64,000 bases of DNA, taken from the IMG/VR virus record IMGVR_UViG_3300020477_000990, positions 124,001-188,000 of that record; one strand, given 5' to 3'. Both the position numbers and the translations under genes were made by a program. Position 1 is the stretch's first letter; each line of letters opens with the position of its first letter. Of this stretch, positions 56,049-64,000 are shown one piece after another. Below the pieces are notes generated by a model, which searched no databases, had not been told where the DNA came from, and was given only the letters and a program-made list of their open reading frames with translations.

Positions 56049-56649
56049 AATTCTATATTATGATCTAGAAACAAAAGACATTATTAAAATTATTCGTGAA
56101 GTGGATAGTAAACTTAATGATCCGTATTTTGAAATAACTTATGATGAAATAAAAGATTTTATTGATGGAACAAAAGTACCATCACAATATTATATAGAAT
56201 TAAATCCAAAAGATCCAAATGATTTTACAATTAAGAAAAAAGAAATACATTTAAACATACGAGAAATTGATAAAACTTTGCATAAAATTAGAATTGGAAC
56301 TGATGATGATGTAAGTTATGATATTAGAGTTGTACATAACAAGAAAGATAAAACAATTAGTTTTGAATTTAATCCTACATTAAAATCTTATATGGCTAGT
56401 AAGTATCAACTTACTGGTAAAACACAAAAATTTACAAATCCAGAAATGTTAGTTATTAATGGAACAAGTATATTAAACTTTTTTATAACACAAACAGGTG
56501 ATCCACATGACTTATTTGCGTCTTATTATGTGCCAGTTGTACAATTGCTTACTGAAGATAAGCTAGTAGCAGGGTATAAAGGAGAGTTAAATACTTGTAA
56601 TGTATATACAAGAAGAATTTATGATGATTACTTAATGGTGGAAAAATAG
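56035..56649 (+). CDS. Hypothetical protein
   Basis: Packed ORF in operon. Confidence 0.7.
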   Translation: MSEFRILYYDLETKDIIKIIREVDSKLNDPYFEITYDEIKDFIDGTKVPSQYYIELNPKDPNDFTIKKKEIHLNIREIDKTLHKIRIGTDDDVSYDIRVVHNKKDKTISFEFNPTLKSYMASKYQLTGKTQKFTNPEMLVINGTSILNFFITQTGDPHDLFASYYVPVVQLLTEDKLVAGYKGELNTCNVYTRRIYDDYLMVEK

Positions 56650-56650
56650 T

Positions 56651-57685
56651 ATGGAAATAGATACAAGTACAAAAGTTGATGATAAATCTAAGATAAAAAT
56701 ATCTGATATTGATATATTTTACCTATCATATGATGAGCCTAATAAACAAGAGCATTGGGCAGATATCAAAAGTAAAGTTCCATGGGCTAAATGGGTAGAT
56801 GGCGTTGAAGGATCAGATGCGGCACACAAAGCCTGTGCTAATAGAAGTGATACTACTAGGTTTATTACTGTAGATGGCGATAATAAGTTAGTTAATTATG
56901 AAAAATTAATTGATTTAGAACTTGACTTTTCTGATTATGAAAATTTAAATTTAGAAGAGTCTGTAGTATCTTTTACAGGTTATAATAACATTAACGGATT
57001 AATGTATGGTAATGGTGGTATTAAGTGCTGGCCAAAACAAGCAGTTCTTGATATGAAAACACACGAAGCGGCTGAGTCAGAAGGATCAGCTGTAGACTTC
57101 TGTTGGGATATGAATTATATACAATTAAACGAATGCTTTTCGCACGTATATAATAACGCAACACCGCATCAAGCCTGGCGTGCCGGATTTAGAGAAGGTG
57201 TAAAAATGTCTTTAGACAGAGGATTTAAAGTTGATTCAGTTAACTTTGAAAAAAATATCCATGACAAAAATTATCATAGACTTTTAATTTGGGCGTCTGT
57301 AGGACGAAATGTTGATAATGGTTTATGGGCAATATACGGAACAAGACTTGGTTGCTATATGACAAATTGTACTGATTGGGATTTTGTTAATGTAAGAGAT
57401 TTTGAATGGCTTAATAAATTTTGGAAAGAAGAAGTTAAACCACAATTTACAGGTAATGACCAAATGTGTCATTACGAAAAGTATCAATGGGATAAAGAAA
57501 AACTTTTAAAAGAGTCTCTTAGACTTGGTAAAGAATTAAGAAGCAAACTTGGATTACAATTAGGTGATTTAGGACCAGATGATTCAGCATTCTTTAAAAA
57601 AGTATATTGGAATCCGCCTCGCTCTGGAGCATTTGTAACAGAAAAAGGACAAGACGGAATTACTCGTTATAAAGTATTGAAATGA
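56651..57685 (+). CDS. GT-A fold glycosyltransferase-like protein
   Basis: DIFYLSYDEP...AHKACA...FITVDGDN (DxD)...YGNGGIKCW...AWRAGFREG. Confidence 0.65.
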   Translation: MEIDTSTKVDDKSKIKISDIDIFYLSYDEPNKQEHWADIKSKVPWAKWVDGVEGSDAAHKACANRSDTTRFITVDGDNKLVNYEKLIDLELDFSDYENLNLEESVVSFTGYNNINGLMYGNGGIKCWPKQAVLDMKTHEAAESEGSAVDFCWDMNYIQLNECFSHVYNNATPHQAWRAGFREGVKMSLDRGFKVDSVNFEKNIHDKNYHRLLIWASVGRNVDNGLWAIYGTRLGCYMTNCTDWDFVNVRDFEWLNKFWKEEVKPQFTGNDQMCHYEKYQWDKEKLLKESLRLGKELRSKLGLQLGDLGPDDSAFFKKVYWNPPRSGAFVTEKGQDGITRYKVLK

Positions 57686-59088
57686 CCGATGAAGTACGCA
57701 AGATCAAACAAACTAGAGATAGATTAAATGCAGTATCGCCTAGCTTCTGTACAGCAAAATGGTTACAAGTTACCATGCACTTACAGAATGGCCATACGCA
57801 TTCTTGCCACCATCCACAAACACACAAAATACCGTTAGAAGAATTACGTACAAACCCAACAGCACTTCATAATACAGAGCTAAAGAAAAAGCAACGTAGA
57901 ATGATGTTAGATGGTACACGTCCAAAAGAGTGCCAGTATTGTTGGAACGTAGAAGATTTAGGTGAGGATAGAATTAGCGATCGATACCTCAAATCCCATG
58001 ACACTTGGGCTCTTCCTCACCTAGACACAATAGCAAAGTCTGATTGGAAAGCAAACGTTAATCCAAGATATGTTGAAGTATCTTTTTCAAATGTTTGTAA
58101 TTTAAAATGTTCTTATTGTTCTCCAGCATTTAGTTCTAAATGGGTTGAAGAAATTGTACAACATGGTCCTTATCCAACATCAGATAAATTTAATAACTTA
58201 GATTGGTTACAGCAACAAAACAAAATGCCAATACCACATAGAGAATCAAATCCTTATGTAGAAGCATTTTGGAAATGGTTTCCAGATTTATATAAAACGT
58301 TAGAAGTATTTAGAATAACAGGTGGAGAACCTTTAATGTCTAAAGATACTTTTAAAGTTTTTGATTATATAATTGACAACCCAAATCCTAATTTAGAATT
58401 AAGTATTAATTCTAATGCCTGTGTGCCAGATGTTTTATTTGACAAATATATTGAAAAAATGAAACGTATTACTGGAGAAAACAAAGTTGGTAGAACAAGA
58501 TTATATACGTCAGTTGACACTTGGGGTGTACAAGCAGAATATATTAGAGATGGATTTAATTATTACCAATGGCACGACAATATTGAAAAAGTATTAAAAG
58601 AATTACCTTTAACAAAAGTGACTGTTATGTGTACAACTAATTTATTAAGTATGCCAAACTTTCATCATTTAGTAGATGACATTTATCATTGGAAAAATGA
58701 TTTTTATTCAAATGAACGCAGGGTTCCTATTACATTAGATATGGCTATATTAAGGCATCCGGTACACCAAAGTGCTGTAATATTACCACCAGAATATGCT
58801 AGTATGATGAATCCAGCATTAGCTTATATGGAGAGTCATGCAGAAACGCATAGCAATCCATATAAAGGATTCTTTGATTTTGAAATTGAAAAAATGAAAA
58901 GGTTTATTGAATATGTTAAAGCAGGACCCAATGAAGCTGAACGTATTAATTTAGATGTGTCTAGAAAAGACTTTAAATACTTTATAGATGAACATGATAG
59001 AAGACGAGGTACAAATTTTAAAAAGACATTTCCTGAGTTAGTAGAATTTTATAACTTATGTGGACAAAGTATTAAAGAGTTAGCATGA
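57682..59088 (+). CDS. Radical SAM protein with N-terminal Cys cluster
   Basis: CNLKCSYC; FCTAKW...SCHHP...ECQYCW; ITGGEP. Confidence 0.9.
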   Translation: MTDEVRKIKQTRDRLNAVSPSFCTAKWLQVTMHLQNGHTHSCHHPQTHKIPLEELRTNPTALHNTELKKKQRRMMLDGTRPKECQYCWNVEDLGEDRISDRYLKSHDTWALPHLDTIAKSDWKANVNPRYVEVSFSNVCNLKCSYCSPAFSSKWVEEIVQHGPYPTSDKFNNLDWLQQQNKMPIPHRESNPYVEAFWKWFPDLYKTLEVFRITGGEPLMSKDTFKVFDYIIDNPNPNLELSINSNACVPDVLFDKYIEKMKRITGENKVGRTRLYTSVDTWGVQAEYIRDGFNYYQWHDNIEKVLKELPLTKVTVMCTTNLLSMPNFHHLVDDIYHWKNDFYSNERRVPITLDMAILRHPVHQSAVILPPEYASMMNPALAYMESHAETHSNPYKGFFDFEIEKMKRFIEYVKAGPNEAERINLDVSRKDFKYFIDEHDRRRGTNFKKTFPELVEFYNLCGQSIKELA

Positions 59089-60608
59089 CAAAGAAACGTA
59101 AAGACGAAACATATCAACAGTATAGGGATAGGGTAATTAACCCAATATCGTCATCATGGTGTGGCGCCAAATGGTATAATGCTACTATATGGTTGAATAG
59201 CGGTACTACTGCAAGTTGTCATCACCCTCCTGCACATAAAGTACCATTAGAAGAAGTATTAGCAAATCCAAAAGCAATACATAATACCAAATATAAAAAA
59301 ATGGTACGTAAACAAATGCAATGTGGTGAAAGACCTAAAGAGTGTGAGTATTGTTGGAAAGTTGAGGACTTAGGTCCTAATAACGTTTCTGATAGAGTTT
59401 ATAAAACAGTTATATATACAGAAGATCAAATAGCCAAAGCAAGTAAAATGGATTGGCAAGATGATGTTGATTTACATACATTAGAAATTGCTTTTGATGC
59501 CAATTGTAATTATGCTTGTTCTTATTGCAATGCTAGTTTCTCAACAACATGGCAAAATGATATTAAGAAAAATGGAGCATATCAAAATTTAGTTAGTGAT
59601 GGTGCAAGAGCATTTCAACAAGATGGTAAATGGGCAATGCCATATGGAAAGAAAAATATAGGTAATCCTTATGTAGATGCTTTCTTTAAATGGTGGAAGT
59701 CAGACTTACATAAAACTTTACAAGAGTTAAGAGTAACAGGTGGTGAAGCAACAATGTCACAGGACTTTTGGCGTTTACTAGAATGGTGGCAAACTAATAA
59801 AGATTGTGAAGTACGTTTAGCAGTTAATTCTAATTTAGGAACTAAACCAGAACTTATTGATAAGTTAGCACGAGAAAGTCATGCATTTAAAGAGTTTGAT
59901 TTATATACTTCTAATGAATCGTTTGGCGGCCATGCAGAATATATTAGAGATGGATTAATATGGAATACTTGGTTAGGTAATATTCACAAAATGATGGAAC
60001 AAGGTAATGTACGTGAATTACATATGATGATGACTATTAATGCATTGTGCTTGTTTAGTATTACAGAATTTATGGACGAAATGATTAAACTAAAAGAACG
60101 TTATGGACAATTTGCACCTGCAATGAGTTTTAATATATTACGTTTTCCTAGTTTTCAATCAGCAGTAACATTGCCACAAGATATTAAAAAACGTTTAGCT
60201 GACAATTTAGAAAATTGGTTAGAAAATGTTGGAAAGAAACACGAATTGTTTTTTGATATGGAACAAGATGGTGTAAGTAGATTAATAAATTATTTACGTG
60301 AAGTAGAAGTAGGTCACCAAGGTACTTCATCTATAGAAACACGTGAAAGAGATTTTAAATCATTTTATAGTCAATATGATATCAGAAGAAACAAATCATT
60401 TGAAAACACATTTCCTGAAGATGTTGTTAAATGGTATAAATCAATACCAGATACAAATTTACAAAAGTTACAAGGTATAGTTGATGGTGATTCAACTAAA
60501 GGTAATATGATGAAAAAAGAATTAGAGGAAAGAGCTAAAACAGAAGGCTGGGTTATGAATCCGCAAGGCCCTAACCCAGGATCACAAGAATATAAAGAAA
60601 AAGTATGA
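59085..60608 (+). CDS. Radical SAM protein, tandem paralog of 57682
   Basis: CNYACSYC; WCGAKW...SCHHP...ECEYCW; VTGGEA. Confidence 0.9.
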   Translation: MTKKRKDETYQQYRDRVINPISSSWCGAKWYNATIWLNSGTTASCHHPPAHKVPLEEVLANPKAIHNTKYKKMVRKQMQCGERPKECEYCWKVEDLGPNNVSDRVYKTVIYTEDQIAKASKMDWQDDVDLHTLEIAFDANCNYACSYCNASFSTTWQNDIKKNGAYQNLVSDGARAFQQDGKWAMPYGKKNIGNPYVDAFFKWWKSDLHKTLQELRVTGGEATMSQDFWRLLEWWQTNKDCEVRLAVNSNLGTKPELIDKLARESHAFKEFDLYTSNESFGGHAEYIRDGLIWNTWLGNIHKMMEQGNVRELHMMMTINALCLFSITEFMDEMIKLKERYGQFAPAMSFNILRFPSFQSAVTLPQDIKKRLADNLENWLENVGKKHELFFDMEQDGVSRLINYLREVEVGHQGTSSIETRERDFKSFYSQYDIRRNKSFENTFPEDVVKWYKSIPDTNLQKLQGIVDGDSTKGNMMKKELEERAKTEGWVMNPQGPNPGSQEYKEKV

Positions 60609-60952
60609 GTTACATGAAAAACAAACACCCCCCATATCCTGATCCAAAAAGATTAAGGGAGCTATCAAAATTAATTGACAGATATCGTGAAAATATATTT
60701 TTAGTTTGCTTAACTGAAGGCATAACAAAAAAAGATATAATATCATACTGCACAAGATTATGTGCAATAAGGCATCTAGACGAATTATTAAATAATCCTT
60801 GTCCAATGAGATTAATATCTGAAATAGAAGATTTAGCTGAATATAAAAGATTATGCCCACATCAACAAAAACGAGTTGATAAAATAAAATACGGGTCAAC
60901 TGATGCAGAATGGCCTAAGCATTGGGGTTATTGGTCATATGATGGAGCATAA
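60605..60952 (+). CDS. Hypothetical Cys-containing protein
   Basis: Packed ORF. Confidence 0.6.
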   Translation: MSYMKNKHPPYPDPKRLRELSKLIDRYRENIFLVCLTEGITKKDIISYCTRLCAIRHLDELLNNPCPMRLISEIEDLAEYKRLCPHQQKRVDKIKYGSTDAEWPKHWGYWSYDGA

Positions 60953-61577
60953 AAATTTAGCAATATGTGGCTGTAGTTGGGCTAGTGATTTTAATAGCTC
61001 AACGTATTCAAATGATGAAGTTACAAACAATTCTCAATTATGGCAATATAATTTAGGTTATAAGCCTACAATTTATGCAAGGCCAGGAGCAACTAATTTA
61101 AAAATATATACGCAAGTAGATGAAGCAATTGAAAATGGATTTGATAGTTGTTTAGTATTATTAACATCACCTACTAGAATTAATATTGCTTGGAAAGATA
61201 CAGATGGGTGGAAAGCTGACAGTAAGTTTAGATGGGGCCGAACTGATGTTGTAAACAAATATGCTACATCTGAAATTAAAGAATATATTGGAAAATACTT
61301 TAATGAAGAGATAGAAGTATTAAATTCATTCATTATTACTGAAGCAATTTATTATAAATTAAAAGAAACTGGAAAACCTTTTTATATTTTTACCAATGCA
61401 TTTACAGATTATATTCATAAAGACTGGAAAGTTTTTAATAAAAAAGAAATAATTCAAGATGGCCCGATTAATTTAATTAAAGATAATAATTATGTAGGAG
61501 ATAATGTTCCTAATCATTTATCCTTACTTGGACAAGATAAAGCAAAAAAACTTGTAATCGCAACAATTTACCCGTAA
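60942..61577 (+). CDS. SGNH/GDSL-like protein
   Basis: ICGCSWAS, ARPGATN, NH. Confidence 0.65.
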   Translation: MEHKNLAICGCSWASDFNSSTYSNDEVTNNSQLWQYNLGYKPTIYARPGATNLKIYTQVDEAIENGFDSCLVLLTSPTRINIAWKDTDGWKADSKFRWGRTDVVNKYATSEIKEYIGKYFNEEIEVLNSFIITEAIYYKLKETGKPFYIFTNAFTDYIHKDWKVFNKKEIIQDGPINLIKDNNYVGDNVPNHLSLLGQDKAKKLVIATIYP

Positions 61578-61598
61578 TCGGCCTAAAAAAATAAAAAG

Positions 61599-61629
61599 AC
61601 TTGACAAGATCAAGTTCTGAATATAATAT
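61599..61629 (+). promoter_or_regulatory. sigma70 promoter with inverted repeat over -35
   Basis: TTGACA 61601-61606; ACTTGA-caaga-TCAAGT 61599-61615. Confidence 0.65.
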
Positions 61630-61664
61630 AGTAATTATTAAACTTAACTACCTAGGAGATTAAA

Positions 61665-61928
61665 ATGGGATTAAGCAACATAAAAGTAAAAGGTTCTTCA
61701 CAGTATAAGTTAGGAACTCAAAAACAGAGAATCCTACAATACTATTGGGGTACTGGTACTACAGTAACTACAAAAAATTTGGTATCAAGATATAAAATCA
61801 TGAAACCAACTGCAAGAATTTGTGAGTTGAGACAAGATGGTTTTGATATTAGATCTTTACGATTTGTTACTAGAGATACGAAAAGAAGTGCGGTAAAATA
61901 CCGTATTATGCAACGTAAAGCCGCTTAA
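61665..61928 (+). CDS. Winged helix-turn-helix DNA-binding protein
   Basis: TQKQRIL...PTARICELRQDGFDI; basic; SD AGGAG. Confidence 0.75.
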   Translation: MGLSNIKVKGSSQYKLGTQKQRILQYYWGTGTTVTTKNLVSRYKIMKPTARICELRQDGFDIRSLRFVTRDTKRSAVKYRIMQRKAA

Positions 61929-61958
61929 TTATAGATAATTAGGCCTAATTACACATAT

Positions 61959-61995
61959 AAAAGCCTGTAAGTCATTGATTTTACAGGCTTTTTTT
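61959..61995 (+). terminator. Intrinsic terminator with GTCATTGATT loop
   Basis: AAGCCTGTAA/TTACAGGCTT stem then T-tract. Confidence 0.8.
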
Positions 61996-62009
61996 GTGGC
62001 TTTTTTTGG

Positions 62010-62038
62010 TTGACAGATTTCTATAGTATGCTATTATA
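62010..62038 (+). promoter_or_regulatory. sigma70 promoter with operator overlapping -35
   Basis: TTGACA 62010-62015; ACAGATTTCTAT 62013-62024; TGcTATTAT. Confidence 0.75.
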
Positions 62039-62063
62039 GTTGAATATGTGGAGGTTATTAATT

Positions 62064-62636
62064 ATGTATAAATTAAAAACAATAGTTGCAGGTTTGTTTG
62101 CTATATTATTATTAACAAATTGTACAGCAACAACTGGTCAAACTGTTTCTAAAACAGATACCTATACATTAGGTGGAGCAGTAGTTGGCGGAGTTATTGG
62201 TAATCAATTTGGTAGTGGAAGTGGTAAGACTGCGGCTACTATAGTTGGAATATTACTAGGTTCAAACATTGGTAATAATATTGGTCAACAATTAGATCAA
62301 TATGATGAACTAAAACATCAAAAAGCGGCCTATCAAGCATTAGAGTATACTAAAGACGGAGTTCCAGTTAGATGGTCAAATCCAAATGGTCATAAAGGTG
62401 GAATAATGATTACAGATACTTACTATATTGAAAACGGCCAGGTACCTTGTCGTAAGTTTTATCAAGAAGTACAAATTGGTGCTAGAATAGAAACAGGTGA
62501 AGGAATTGCTTGTAGAACAGCATCAGGTAAATGGGAACTTATGAAAGATCCTAAAGTAAAGATTGAAAATGGTATGCAAGTCACTAATGATAAAGGCCAA
62601 TATATGCTAACACCTGTTGGCGTTGGTTGGAATTAA
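62064..62636 (+). CDS. RT0821/17-kDa surface antigen-like glycine-zipper lipoprotein
   Basis: Lipobox LTNC; GGVIGNQFGSGSG; WSNP...CRKF...ACR...GKW; SD GGAGG before ATG 62064. Confidence 0.85.
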   Translation: MYKLKTIVAGLFAILLLTNCTATTGQTVSKTDTYTLGGAVVGGVIGNQFGSGSGKTAATIVGILLGSNIGNNIGQQLDQYDELKHQKAAYQALEYTKDGVPVRWSNPNGHKGGIMITDTYYIENGQVPCRKFYQEVQIGARIETGEGIACRTASGKWELMKDPKVKIENGMQVTNDKGQYMLTPVGVGWN

Positions 62637-64000
62637 CTTGTATATTCTTCCCTAGCATAAGGTTCTCTAGATGGGAACCTTGTTAGGATTGTTCCTACCC
62701 TCTCAGTATTTCTCGTATCAGTATCAGGACTTCTTGTATAAAGAGTATTTGTAAAATACAATTCACCTTTAGCATTTGCTTTAACAGTCAGCCCACCATA
62801 ATTACTTGCACCAGCGGCTTCTGGTCCATTCATATGAACATTTGTTGCAGTTTCTATATGATCACCGCCACTTTTAATATTAGTACTTGCAGAAGCAGTA
62901 AAATGATTTGCTCCTGTAGTTGATAAATGGAAATCACTTCCGGAAGTAATTTTTGTATTGTTACCTGTTTTAATGTTTACTGAACCTTCAACATCTAAAT
63001 TTAAATTACCTTCAACTGACGTTAATATGTTTGTTGTATCAGATGGTTGTCCACTATCACTAGTTTTATGAGCTTTAATATTAATATGTCTTCCTGACTC
63101 AATATTAAAATCTCTATCTGCTCTAAAATTAATATCTTTTTGTGAACGCACACTAATTGAATCATTTGCCCAAACATCTATTTTACCATCATTATCAATT
63201 TCAACATATCCAGATCCTTTTTTATTAATAATATAAACATTACCATTAGATTCATCTAATAATATTTGGGCTCCAGATTTAGTTCTTAATCTAATTAATT
63301 GTTGGTCACCATCATCCATTACAAATTGGTTTGCATCTGGTGTTAATATACCAAATACTTTTGAAGGTGTTTCACGTCTAGCTGATGACGATGTTAATCC
63401 TCTATTAGTATCAGATTCTAATCCTTGTTCTCTTAATCCTTCAAAGTGTGGAGTATGTGTAGGTCTTTTAATACCTGATTCTGGTTCACTAGTACTTTTT
63501 CGTTCTTTTGTCCAGTCAACGTCATCTGCTATTTCTGATAATTTATTGTATTCAGTTACTGGACAATCTTTTGATTCTTCATCATTAGATGTAAATGTTC
63601 CTGAACGAGCAATTCCTGGAACCATATGATTCATTAAATGTTGATATAAACAACCAACAACTACACCTCTAGAAATATCACCACCAACAAACATTACTAA
63701 AACTTTATTTCCAACATCAGGTGGAATCATCCACATACCATAACTTCTTTGTGAACCACTATATGTTTTAGATGGATCTGTATTTAAATGTGGAGTAACT
63801 ATTTCGCCTGGGGCAATATTATTATTAATATTTGTTGCTCCAGCAAATGGAGAAGACCAACGAACAGTTAAATTAAGATGTGTTTCATTAACATCAAATG
63901 AGTCTGGTAAAAAATCTACATTAACGTTTGCTCCAATTAAGCGAACAGTTAGCCTACCATTTTTTTGTATATCAGCGGCACTAATAACGATAGCTTCGTA
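62633..64000 (-). CDS. Baseplate hub / spike protein, T4 gp5/Vgr OB-fold-like, 5'-truncated
   Basis: Frame open to window end; GRLTV...SPF...SYGMWMIPPDVGNKVLVMF; RLRTKSGAQILL beta-helix region. Confidence 0.85.
   Translation of the reverse strand, partial: YEAIVISAADIQKNGRLTVRLIGANVNVDFLPDSFDVNETHLNLTVRWSSPFAGATNINNNIAPGEIVTPHLNTDPSKTYSGSQRSYGMWMIPPDVGNKVLVMFVGGDISRGVVVGCLYQHLMNHMVPGIARSGTFTSNDEESKDCPVTEYNKLSEIADDVDWTKERKSTSEPESGIKRPTHTPHFEGLREQGLESDTNRGLTSSSARRETPSKVFGILTPDANQFVMDDGDQQLIRLRTKSGAQILLDESNGNVYIINKKGSGYVEIDNDGKIDVWANDSISVRSQKDINFRADRDFNIESGRHINIKAHKTSDSGQPSDTTNILTSVEGNLNLDVEGSVNIKTGNNTKITSGSDFHLSTTGANHFTASASTNIKSGGDHIETATNVHMNGPEAAGASNYGGLTVKANAKGELYFTNTLYTRSPDTDTRNTERVGTILTRFPSREPYAREEYTS

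Noticed and set aside
34343-60608. Alternative genetic code or programmed stop readthrough
   Set aside because: Very long uninterrupted ORFs under code 11 with tight gene packing
1074-61333. Short ORFs overlapping longer genes on the opposite strand or another frame (e.g. 1074, 5140, 13166, 13568, 22383, 34657, 44737, 46396, 54891, 61073)
   Set aside because: Shadow ORFs typical of AT-rich coding DNA; no RBS or motifs
1-64000. tRNA/rRNA genes, integrase, transposase, reverse transcriptase/DGR
   Set aside because: No cloverleaf with a TTCGA T-arm outside coding sequence, no rRNA signatures, no such protein motifs seen

Overview
64 kb fragment of a large, AT-rich (roughly 30% GC by eye) dsDNA tailed phage of the jumbo/T4-distant myovirus type. 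The host is probably a marine alphaproteobacterium (inference from the bL12, SleB-type hydrolase and 17-kDa-antigen-like lipoproteins). Layout: (i) 1-2732 mixed small genes; (ii) 2733-4320 a 1.6 kb GC-rich non-coding element with hairpins, 21-bp-phased and 10-bp-phased repeats, 11 GATC sites and convergent promoters; (iii) 4323-14940 an early/host-takeover-like module with 12 TTGACA sigma70 promoters, many sharing a 12-bp pseudo-palindromic operator, plus a candidate pseudoknotted ncRNA at 12521-12750; (iv) 14941-16176 a second 1.2 kb non-coding element with a GCA(A/C)ATACAA array; (v) 16177-18639 small membrane genes and a full-length but divergent ribosomal protein bL12; (vi) 18622-33783 a mostly minus-strand paralog-rich block (SGNH-like, GT10-like, twitch/SPASM radical SAM, SufE, APS kinase, sulfotransferase, SET, YqgE, ClpP); (vii) 33870-53325 baseplate/tail genes including a 3986-aa protein; (viii) 53400-61577 a tail-adjacent glycosyltransferase/HAD/radical SAM/SGNH operon; (ix) a wHTH regulator, a lipoprotein and a partial gp5-like baseplate hub. 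Best candidates for new biology: a phage-encoded glycan build/acylate/sulfate/radical-tailor system, the origin/terminus-like non-coding elements, a shared early operator regulon, TAAATA-driven leaderless late genes, and two or three structured RNAs. All family calls are by motif recognition only; no searches were run.
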